Made by a program: the position numbers and the translations under genes. The notes under the pieces are model-generated. The model ran no database searches. It saw only the letters and a program-made list of their open reading frames with translations, and was not told the origin of the DNA. 64,000 nt of DNA from Pseudomonadota bacterium. GTDB lineage: Bacteria; Bdellovibrionota_B; Oligoflexia; Oligoflexales; CAIYRB01. The stretch covers positions 10,533 to 74,532 of the forward strand of contig JAPLFX010000049.1 in NCBI GenBank assembly GCA_026390445.1, written 5' to 3'. Positions 1 through 7,480 of the stretch are shown here, piece by piece (positions within the stretch are counted from its first letter, which is position 1; the number at the start of each line of letters is the position of its first letter).

Positions 1-760
1 TGCGCTCTGGTAGGACGCCCATGTAGTTGGGATACTTGACAGCAGACAGGCGAACGAAAATCTGGTAGCCGGGCACCTCGGCCAGCAAGGTGGTCTCGTC
101 GTCTGATATGGCTAAGCGAATTTTGCCAAAGCCCTCATGGCACATCCGCTGGAGCTCAGCCATGGTCCGCTTTGACAAGCATACACCGTTGCTTAGAAAG
201 CTATCGGGAAGACTTGCATCGATCTCGCAGTAGGACAAACGAAAGCCATCGGTACCAACAAGGCGGCACGCCCCCTTGTTTGGCCGATGCAAAAAGCCCA
301 CGGTACCATAATTACGCGGCGACTCTGGCAGCACACAGAACTGCACTTGCTCGATCATGTATGCCACTTTTGCAGCAGGAAGCTCGGCTGTGTTGACCGA
401 GGTAAGCTGTGGCGCTTGTTGCCAACTAAGATCATCAATGACCGGCAACTTCATGACGAACTCGTCACCAGTGCCAGCCGTAATGATCAGATAAGAACCC
501 ATGAGCTCTAATTTAACTAGGCCATCCGGTAGTTCCTTGACGACATCCGAGAACAAACGTGCTGGTACAAAGACCAGTCCAGGCGTGTGAACTTCGCATT
601 CGAGGCTGCTGTAGACCGCGAGGACACGGTCTGTCGCGGCGACTTGAAGAACCCCTGGGTGGGCGTTCAGTCCGATCTGGGCCAAGCTTCGATCGATGAT
701 AGCGCCTTGCACACGCTGGGTGGCTAGGGCCAATAGCTGTTTGGGGATTTGAACTTTCAT
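1..760 (-). CDS. dnaN: DNA polymerase III beta sliding clamp (5' portion, runs off left edge)
   Basis: Not in the ORF track. Manual translation from ATG at 760 (RBS AGGAGAGG) gives MKVQIPKQLLALATQRVQGAII...VAATD...VFVPARLFSDVVKELPDG...VGTDGFRL, which are DnaN motifs. Lies downstream of dnaA. Confidence 0.93.
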   Translation of the reverse strand, partial: MKVQIPKQLLALATQRVQGAIIDRSLAQIGLNAHPGVLQVAATDRVLAVYSSLECEVHTPGLVFVPARLFSDVVKELPDGLVKLELMGSYLIITAGTGDEFVMKLPVIDDLSWQQAPQLTSVNTAELPAAKVAYMIEQVQFCVLPESPRNYGTVGFLHRPNKGACRLVGTDGFRLSYCEIDASLPDSFLSNGVCLSKRTMAELQRMCHEGFGKIRLAISDDETTLLAEVPGYQIFVRLSAVKYPNYMGVLPER

Positions 761-785
761 CGACGAGTCCTCTCCTATCCGGGTT

Positions 786-1039
786 CTACTTCTGTATTAG
801 GAAGATATATTTATACTTAATTAGTAGTCGTAGTAGTGGCCCCCACCAGCCGGGGGATAAGTCACTAAGTCCCTGTTATAAAACGTCTATTTAATGAAAT
901 AGACTGTTCATTGGAGGTGGATAACTTTGTGTACTCCGTGTTGATAGAGCTGGGGATAACTGAAGCCCTCCATGCCCCGCCTAAAGTGTCCCCAAGTTAT
1001 CCACGGCTTTCACCAGCCTTTATTCACAAGTTACCCACA
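786..1039. promoter_or_regulatory. oriC: Chromosomal replication origin oriC (dnaA-dnaN intergenic)
   Basis: DnaA-box-like 9-mers at 852-860, 916-924, 951-959 (minus) and 997-1005, 1020-1028, 1031-1039 (plus). TAG-TAG-TCG-TAG-TAG trios at 822-836, a GC clamp from ~837 and an AT-rich tract at ~804-821. Confidence 0.9.
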
Positions 1040-1059
1040 GGCACCATGCAGCACCAACC

Positions 1060-2550
1060 TCATTCCAACTGCTCGAGTTGGCGTTCCAGTGCTTCGAGGT
1101 TGGCTTTTAAATCGAGATCTTTGTCGAGGGTCTGCTCAATCTTTTTCACGTTATGCATGACGGTCGTGTGATCCTTGCCCCCAAAGCGCTCGCCAATTTC
1201 AGGATAGGATGCATTTGTTAGCTTTCGGGCAAGATACATGGCTACCTGACGGGGTAAAGCGATGGCTTGCTGGCGGCGTTTGGACTTGAGATCGGCAACT
1301 CGCAATTTAAAATGCTCAGCGACGATCTTTTGGATGGTTTCGATGGTCAAGCGCTTGGGTGGTTCACCCATGACGTCGCGAAACGTCCTAAGCGCCAAGT
1401 CCATCGTAATCTCCTCGCCCTGAAGCGCGGCATAGGCATGAAGTCGGTGCAGCGCCCCTTCTAGTTCACGGACGTTGCGTTTGGCGTGTCGGGCTATATA
1501 TTCTGCCACATCCTTACCTAAGCGAATCTTCAGCGTGTCGGCTTTGCTGTTGAGAATCGCAATCCGGTGCTCAACGCTCGGTGGCTGAATATCGGCGATC
1601 AGACCCCACTGGAAGCGGTTGCGTAAACGCTCCTCGATATCCGGGATGTCCTTTGGAAACATATCCGAGGTGATGACAATCTGCTTTTTTGCCGCGTAAA
1701 GCGTATTGAATGTATGGAAGAACTCTTCTTGTGTGACCTTCTTACCGGAAATGAACTGGATGTCATCGACCAGCAAGACGTCGCAATTACGGTATTTTTG
1801 GCGAAAGTCCCACATTTTCTGGAAGCGCAGACAGTAGATCATTTCGTTCATGAATCGCTCACTGGCGATGTAGGTCACCACGGCGTTGGGATTTTGCCGC
1901 AGTACGAGGTTACCCACTGCATGCAGCAAATGCGTTTTACCTAGGCCTGTGCTGCCGTAGATAAATAACGGGTTGTACGCTTTGCCTGGGTTTTCCCCGG
2001 CGCTTAAACATGTCGCGACGGCAAATTGGTTGGACTCGCCCTTGATAAAATTGTCGAAGGTATAATTGGGGTTGAGATGACCTTCATGACTGAGTGAGCG
2101 GGAGAATGCATGATTCGCTTCGCCCCCTTCATCTATCGAAGTAAAGGCTAAGCCGCCGCCAGTAGCACCGTCGATATCGTGGCCATGGTCGACTCCCGGG
2201 GCCATTTCAAGACCCAGTCCCATGGCGTCGGTGCCGGCAACCTCAAGCCGAAGCCGAAAGTGCTCAAGTCCCAGTTCCTTTTGGCAGCGCTCGATTGGCT
2301 CGATGTAACTATTGTGTATTCCTTGATAAAAAACCAGATTTGGCAGGGCTACAACAATCTCGTCAGCGCCGCCGGCCATAGCGACAAGCGGATCAATCCA
2401 TGTCAAATAGGCATCGGCATCAAGGCAATCCTTGAGCTTCTTTTTGATTGCGAGCCATAAATTTTTAGCGACGTGGCCCTGGTCAGCGGAGACGTCGCTA
2501 CTGGCGGAGTCGTCAGCGGGGAACAAGGTCTTCATTCCGGTCATACCCAT
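1060..2550 (-). CDS. dnaA: Chromosomal replication initiator DnaA
   Basis: YNPLFIYGSTGLGKTHLL Walker A, LLVDDIQF Walker B, QEEFFHTFN, GGKDHTTVMH domain IV. Confidence 0.99.
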   Translation of the reverse strand: MGMTGMKTLFPADDSASSDVSADQGHVAKNLWLAIKKKLKDCLDADAYLTWIDPLVAMAGGADEIVVALPNLVFYQGIHNSYIEPIERCQKELGLEHFRLRLEVAGTDAMGLGLEMAPGVDHGHDIDGATGGGLAFTSIDEGGEANHAFSRSLSHEGHLNPNYTFDNFIKGESNQFAVATCLSAGENPGKAYNPLFIYGSTGLGKTHLLHAVGNLVLRQNPNAVVTYIASERFMNEMIYCLRFQKMWDFRQKYRNCDVLLVDDIQFISGKKVTQEEFFHTFNTLYAAKKQIVITSDMFPKDIPDIEERLRNRFQWGLIADIQPPSVEHRIAILNSKADTLKIRLGKDVAEYIARHAKRNVRELEGALHRLHAYAALQGEEITMDLALRTFRDVMGEPPKRLTIETIQKIVAEHFKLRVADLKSKRRQQAIALPRQVAMYLARKLTNASYPEIGERFGGKDHTTVMHNVKKIEQTLDKDLDLKANLEALERQLEQLE

Positions 2551-2628
2551 TTGATTACTGGCGTAGCTGCGGCAACAGATCTAAAAGGATGCTCAGGCAC
2601 TGGACGTAGCTTCTGGAAACAGCTTGCG

Positions 2629-2657
2629 AAGCTACCACAGAGGGGGGTCATGATCAA
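2629..2657 (-). promoter_or_regulatory. Putative sigma70 promoter of dnaA
   Basis: Minus strand TTGATC-N17-TAGCTT with TG upstream of the -10. Confidence 0.45.
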
Positions 2658-2727
2658 GTCTTTTAAAGTTTATTTAGAGTCATATTATCAATATGTTACA
2701 CGAAAAACCCAGGCGTGTAGCGGGACA

Positions 2728-2736
2728 TTATCCACA
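2728..2736 (+). promoter_or_regulatory. Perfect DnaA box TTATCCACA in dnaA/atpZ divergent region
   Basis: Exact consensus match. Confidence 0.75.
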
Positions 2737-2755
2737 GCCTCGGAAGAGGGCTTTC

Positions 2756-2986
2756 ATGCTTCTTATGGCTAATTTTGGTAGAGCGTTCAGCTATCTTATC
2801 GCTGCACAGGTTCAGGCCGTTAGCCTCATTTTATTCGGCTACTGGGGCGGTAAATGGCTGAATGAGAATCATCCAGTAGACTTCAGCTGGTATCTCGTCA
2901 CGTTTACCGTCGCTATATTAGGGGTTGCTCAGACCTTCTATGTAGTAATAAAAGCGGCGCTTTCACCGTCGAAGTCGGATACCTGA
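2756..2986 (+). CDS. atpZ: AtpZ/AtpI-family small membrane protein (Fo accessory)
   Basis: Two hydrophobic helices with a GYWGGKWL..W motif, first gene before atpI/atpB. Start moved to ATG 2756 after GAAGAGGG. Confidence 0.7.
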   Translation: MLLMANFGRAFSYLIAAQVQAVSLILFGYWGGKWLNENHPVDFSWYLVTFTVAILGVAQTFYVVIKAALSPSKSDT

Positions 2987-2989
2987 AAG

Positions 2990-3352
2990 ATGTCCTCGAT
3001 CAGCAAACTTTGGCTTTTACTGGGCGCTGTGGCGCTTGGTCTTTCGGCTATGCCGCTGTCCGGCAAGGCCTTGGTGGCCTTTGTCTCGGGAGAGGCCCTG
3101 TTTGCGATCAACCTTGTTGCGCTGATGTTCGCCAGTCGCAAGCTCCTCGCCGCTGCAAGTCCCAACATAGGCTCCGGAGGCTTTCTGCTCTTCGGTGGCA
3201 AGTTCATTCTGTTGGGTGCGGGAGCTTACGTAGCCCTTGTCACTTACGGTTTGCGGGTCGATTTTTTTGTAGGTGGACTGTGTGTCGGCCTAGGATTGTT
3301 CTCAGCCTTGATATATGTCGATGTTGCAAAAAGGGCGACGACCACTCATTAG
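2990..3352 (+). CDS. atpI: ATP synthase protein I (4 TM)
   Basis: Highly hydrophobic 120 aa with GKFILL motif, immediately upstream of atpB. Confidence 0.75.
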   Translation: MSSISKLWLLLGAVALGLSAMPLSGKALVAFVSGEALFAINLVALMFASRKLLAAASPNIGSGGFLLFGGKFILLGAGAYVALVTYGLRVDFFVGGLCVGLGLFSALIYVDVAKRATTTH

Positions 3353-3498
3353 GCTGAATACTTATCGCTAAGCGAATACGGTTGAACCAGTCTGCATTTT
3401 TGACTATCAACAGAAACCAAGCTGAGTTATTAGATCCGTCCGTTTCCGGACCTCACTGATTTTTTGTCGGGCTCCACCGAGAGCAATAGGTCGCTTTG

Positions 3499-4296
3499 AT
3501 GACGCTGGCGTTTAAAAATTATCTAGGCCTGATGGTTGCGGTATGGTCCCCGCTGGCGCTTGCAGCTGAAGAGGCGCACGAGGGCGGCGGTGGCGTTGCG
3601 GCGACGATTAACTTTTACGACATAGCACTACATTCCGTGCACCTGAATCCTATGTGGGAACCAACGCTTGGGAGTTTGGCCTGCCTGGCCTTGATTATTC
3701 TGCTGGGCCTAGGGTTTCGCAGCTCGGTACTTCGCGATACGGCGAATGTGGTGCCTTCCGGGCGCTTTTCTCTGCGCTTCATTTTTGAGGAAATACTTGA
3801 GTTTGTTGTCGGTATCGCTAAGGACAACACCGGCTCAGAGTTTCGCAAATATATGCCCTTTCTGTCCGCTCTGTTCCTTTACATCCTGGTCTGCAATCTA
3901 TCTGGGTTGATCCCAGGGTTTCCGCCTCCGACTGAGACGATGGATAACAATGTCGCCATTGGTTTGATGGTCTTTTTGGTATACAACTACGCCGGCATCA
4001 AAGAGCACGGCGCTAGTTACATTAAACACTTTCTCGGCCCAGTGGTTTTTATCGCTCCTTTGTTTTTCTGTATCGAGCTGGTTAGTCACTTTTCCAGGCC
4101 TCTGTCTCTTGGCTTGCGCTTGGCAGGCAACATTTATGGTGATCACACTCTACTCGGGGTGTTTACGAGCATTAGCTACTTGGTGTTTCCGGCTTTTCTC
4201 TTGTTTTTCGGGCTCCTCGTGGCGGTGGTACAGAGTTTTGTGTTCACGCTACTTTCGGGAATTTATATATCGATGGCCATTTCGCACGACCATTGA
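3499..4296 (+). CDS. atpB: F0 ATP synthase subunit a
   Basis: NLSGLIPG, SRPLSLGLRLAGNI (essential Arg), QSFVFTLLS. Start uncertain (3496/3499/3532). Confidence 0.97.
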   Translation: MTLAFKNYLGLMVAVWSPLALAAEEAHEGGGGVAATINFYDIALHSVHLNPMWEPTLGSLACLALIILLGLGFRSSVLRDTANVVPSGRFSLRFIFEEILEFVVGIAKDNTGSEFRKYMPFLSALFLYILVCNLSGLIPGFPPPTETMDNNVAIGLMVFLVYNYAGIKEHGASYIKHFLGPVVFIAPLFFCIELVSHFSRPLSLGLRLAGNIYGDHTLLGVFTSISYLVFPAFLLFFGLLVAVVQSFVFTLLSGIYISMAISHDH

Positions 4297-4350
4297 TGCA
4301 ACAAAGAACGGTGCGTTTGCATAGCGGCACTTTTGAGTGGGGTAAGGGTG

Positions 4351-4665
4351 ATGAAGCGTTTCTTAGGCAGATCAGCGGTGGCGTTTAGTGGCTTGTTCTT
4401 GAGCTCGTTGGCGTTCGCGCAAGATGCGGCCGCAGCGCACTCTGGGACTAATTTAATTCCAATTGGCGCGGGCATCACCATGGGCCTCGCCTCATTCGGT
4501 GCGGCGACTGCCCAGGGTCGGACGGCATCGACTGCGCTAGAGGGGATTGCTCGCAATCCAAGCGCAAAAGATGCGTTGTTTCAGCCCTTTATTCTGGGCC
4601 TCGTGTTCATGGAGTTCCAAGCGCTCTTGGGTTTCGTGATCGCGATTATCTGGACCTTCAAATGA
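4351..4665 (+). CDS. atpE: F0 ATP synthase subunit c
   Basis: EGIARNP loop, conserved Glu in LVFMEFQ, two TM helices. Confidence 0.95.
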   Translation: MKRFLGRSAVAFSGLFLSSLAFAQDAAAAHSGTNLIPIGAGITMGLASFGAATAQGRTASTALEGIARNPSAKDALFQPFILGLVFMEFQALLGFVIAIIWTFK

Positions 4666-4701
4666 TTTTTTAGCCGCGACCTTTGGTCTCGGTGAGAATT
4701 G

Positions 4702-4735
4702 GCTGCCGCTTCATTTGAAGTGGTGGCTTTTTTTT
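4702..4735 (+). terminator. Intrinsic terminator of atpZIBE
   Basis: GCTGCCGCTTCA/TGAAGTGGTGGC stem followed by T8. Confidence 0.85.
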
Positions 4736-5098
4736 ATTATTGCGGCCCGTCCTGGTAATCAAGTTAGGTCTGTAACTCGCAAGTATATTGCGATAAATCG
4801 TCATTTTTTGCGGTCTTCCCAATTGTTCTGCCAGGAAGTTGGTAGGCGAAAATCCATGGCCTCCGGCTTATACCGGTTGGAAGGCGGCACTGTTAGGAGG
4901 ATTCCTTTTCTACCTAACTTTGTTTTTCCTATGGTCAAAGTGGTCCGTCGGGCCTTGAGCTCCGAGTATCGGAATTGGGTGAATAGGAAGTTGGAGCCTT
5001 AATCGCTTTGACAGCCAGGGTATTGGTGTGCGGGCAACACCGCCTTGATATTGCTGTAACATACCAATAATACTGAGTTCATAAGGGTCTATTGAGAG

Positions 5099-5114
5099 TG
5101 TTCCACGTGGAACA
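5099..5114. promoter_or_regulatory. parS: parS site 1
   Basis: Perfect palindrome TGTTCCACGTGGAACA. Confidence 0.95.
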
Positions 5115-5390
5115 TTCTGATGACGTGTCTGGATTGTCTTCGTCCACAAGTTGCGCTTACTAAAGGTATAATGCCATCCCCCTTTGGGGCATTCGATCCT
5201 TCCTGAAGAGAAAGCCGTCGACGTTAGGTGTCTGCTGGGCAGTTCCATCCTTGCTTTCCCTGCTTAATGTAGTCCTTGGGTTCACGGAAAATAGTGCAAA
5301 CAGAATTGTTACAGCTCTAGCCTGCAGCTCTAGCCTTGAAGGAAGCTGCATTGGCAGGGTGAGCACATCAAGAAATTTGGATTTATAGAT

Positions 5391-5502
5391 TTTCAGCGCT
5401 TCCGCTCCTCAGCGCCTTCCGCGGCCAATCGGCGGTGGGCCGCGGGTTGGCTACAATGGAGAATTATTATCGCGGAAACGCCGAAGAGCGGGGGCGCTGA
5501 AA
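5391..5502. repeat. Long imperfect inverted repeat with inner stem-loop (~112 nt)
   Basis: Arm 5391-5423 complementary to 5471-5502. Inner hairpin at 5424-5451. Confidence 0.8.
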
Positions 5503-5596
5503 TTTTAATGCGTCTGCCAATTCTGTGTTGGTTGGCGGTAGCTAGAATGTACGCCGTTCGAATGGCGGCATTACCAATGCGAATGGGTCTAGTTGG

Positions 5597-5716
5597 GAAA
5601 AAAAAGGCTAATTAGCGAAAAAAAAGGCTAATTAGCGAAAAAAAAGGCTAATTAGCGAAAAAAAAGGCTAATTAGCGAAAAAAAAGGCTAATTAGTGAAA
5701 AAAAAGGCTAATTAGT
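5597..5716. repeat. Tandem repeat, 6 x 20 bp GAAAAAAAAGGCTAATTAGY
   Basis: Directly visible: four copies end in C, two in T, with degenerate copies to ~5760. Confidence 0.97.
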
Positions 5717-5908
5717 GAAAAAAAGGAGCCAATTTGTCAAAAATGAAGACCAATTGGCCCTTTTTTGGTCCAAATTGTTGCCAGATCTCCCAATTATCTC
5801 TTTTCAATCTTGGCAGCACCTACTTGAATCCCAAATTGCGCGTTCAGGATTGAGCTTCGCCTCCTAGTAACTGCAAGGCTAGGCAAGTCATTCGAGATTC
5901 TTTGTGAT

Positions 5909-5924
5909 TGTTCCACGTGGAACA
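5909..5924. promoter_or_regulatory. parS: parS site 2
   Basis: Perfect palindrome TGTTCCACGTGGAACA. Confidence 0.95.
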
Positions 5925-5971
5925 CTAGGGCGGCAAATGATTAAAAAATAGGCAGACGATCAAACTATCAT

Positions 5972-5987
5972 TGTTCCACGTGGAACA
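5972..5987. promoter_or_regulatory. parS: parS site 3
   Basis: Perfect palindrome TGTTCCACGTGGAACA. Confidence 0.95.
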
Positions 5988-6266
5988 CTTTTGATTGCTG
6001 GCTAACGAAGGCCACACTCAGCAGACTATGAACGCCATAAATATTGGTAGGAGCGTTGCTATGCATATCTGCATGTCTTGATTAGCCAGGCCCTGGCTGC
6101 AGTTAACTTCCCGTTCTCCCGACTTCCGCGCCTCCTTGTTCTGAGGCGCTGCTGCACAAATAGCCCATTGAGAACCAAATGTTAGGCGCCCTTCAAATCC
6201 GGCTCCGTAGGCAAGTGCATTGGCGTCACTTTATGCAGATTGCGCCGACCCAGAGGCCATGTCGTT

Positions 6267-6472
6267 GGCGTAGCCCTCGCCATAGCCCTAGGCTTTGCCA
6301 TCGCCGTGATCCTGATCATCCACGGGCGATATTGCCTTGAATGATCTGCCCCAATTAACTCGCGATAGGGCATGCTGCCCAAGCTCTGTAGGAGAGAGCT
6401 AACGGCTAGGGGAGGGTGGACGATCACGATCACGATCATGGCTACGGCGATGGCTACGGCAATGGCAACGGG
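6267..6472. repeat. Inverted repeat built from degenerate hexamers (GATCAC/GGCTAC/GGCGAT)
   Basis: Reverse complement of 6267-6323 aligns in 6-nt register with 6416-6472. Confidence 0.75.
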
Positions 6473-6631
6473 CCCATTCGCCCAGCATCATTTGAAAGCA
6501 GGAGATCTCGCCGTGCGGCGAATTTAAAACTTTCACTCAACGTCGAGCACTTGCAACACCATGGCCGCTTTACCATTCGACTATTGACAGGTAGAGTCTC
6601 GATACCAAGACCTAGACAGTGGAGACCGCTT

Positions 6632-7465
6632 ATGGCGCGTGTAATAGCCCTTTCAAACCAAAAAGGTGGAGTGGGCAAGACCACGTCGGCTGTCAACATC
6701 GCCGCATGTTTGGCCGCAGCGGAAAAGCGAGTGCTGGTGATTGACCTGGATCCACAGGCCAATGCAGGCAGTGGTTTAGGCATTTATGCCCGCGACTTTG
6801 AGACCAGCATGTACGATGTTTTGGTCGACGAGGTGCCGCTGACCAGTGCCATCCTGCATACCGAGCTAAAATGCTTGGATATTGCGCCGTCCGTGCCGGA
6901 CTTAGTGGGCGCTGAGGTCGAATTGGTTGCTGCTATTGGGCGGGAATCACGCTTGAAAGAGGCCCTAGAACCAGTTCAAGGGTTATATGATTTTGTCATC
7001 ATAGACTGCCCGCCAGCCTTGGGGATCCTCACCGTTAATGCCCTTACTGCGGCGAACTCTGTGCTGATTCCGCTGCAGTGCGAGTACTATGCGATGGAGG
7101 GCCTGTCCCAGCTGATCAAGACCATTTCATTGATTAAAAAGCGGTTGAATCCCGAGCTTGAGCGGGAAGGCATCCTTTTGACGATGTATGATCGGCGCAA
7201 CAATCTGTCGCACCAAGTTGAGCAAGATATACGCGCGCATTTTGGTAACGAGGTGTTTCCGGTCGTAATTCCACGTAACGTGAAGTTGTCGGAGGCACCG
7301 TCTCACGGCAAGCCGGTCATTTTATATGACATCAATAGCACGGGAGCGACGGCCTATATGGAGACGGCGCGCCTACTTATCCGTCGTCATAGCGTGATTG
7401 CACCGCCTCCCAAACCTTCAAAGAAGACCCAGGCGACTACGCAAGGCCGGACTGGTCAACAGTAA
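6632..7465 (+). CDS. parA: Chromosome partitioning ATPase ParA/Soj
   Basis: NQKGGVGKTT deviant Walker A, IDLDPQAN, IDCPP, PLQCEYYAMEG, LSEAPSHG. Start corrected to ATG 6632 (GGAG at 6621). Confidence 0.97.
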   Translation: MARVIALSNQKGGVGKTTSAVNIAACLAAAEKRVLVIDLDPQANAGSGLGIYARDFETSMYDVLVDEVPLTSAILHTELKCLDIAPSVPDLVGAEVELVAAIGRESRLKEALEPVQGLYDFVIIDCPPALGILTVNALTAANSVLIPLQCEYYAMEGLSQLIKTISLIKKRLNPELEREGILLTMYDRRNNLSHQVEQDIRAHFGNEVFPVVIPRNVKLSEAPSHGKPVILYDINSTGATAYMETARLLIRRHSVIAPPPKPSKKTQATTQGRTGQQ

Positions 7466-7480
7466 GGACTAAACAAACAT

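Noticed and set aside
172-1171. Plus-strand ORFs at 172, 287, 911 and 972
   Set aside because: Antisense to dnaN or spanning oriC DnaA boxes
2551-2755. Hidden rpmH (L34) next to dnaA
   Set aside because: No MKRTYQP-like reading frame found
5391-5502. SRP 4.5S RNA, tRNA or tmRNA
   Set aside because: No SRP helix-8 GGAA/CAGG motif and no T-loop or CCA features
5597-5716. Tandem repeat as a CRISPR array
   Set aside because: Units are contiguous with no unique spacers, and there are no cas genes in the window
4715-6439. Short ORFs in the parS block (4715-5002, 4910-5248, 5160-5366, 6182-6439)
   Set aside because: No recognisable motifs, weak starts, and they overlap a terminator, parS or repeats
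6416-6631. His/Gly-rich N-terminal extension of ParA (MDDHDHDHGYGDG...)
   Set aside because: It is the translation of the hexamer repeat arm. The canonical start with RBS is at 6632.
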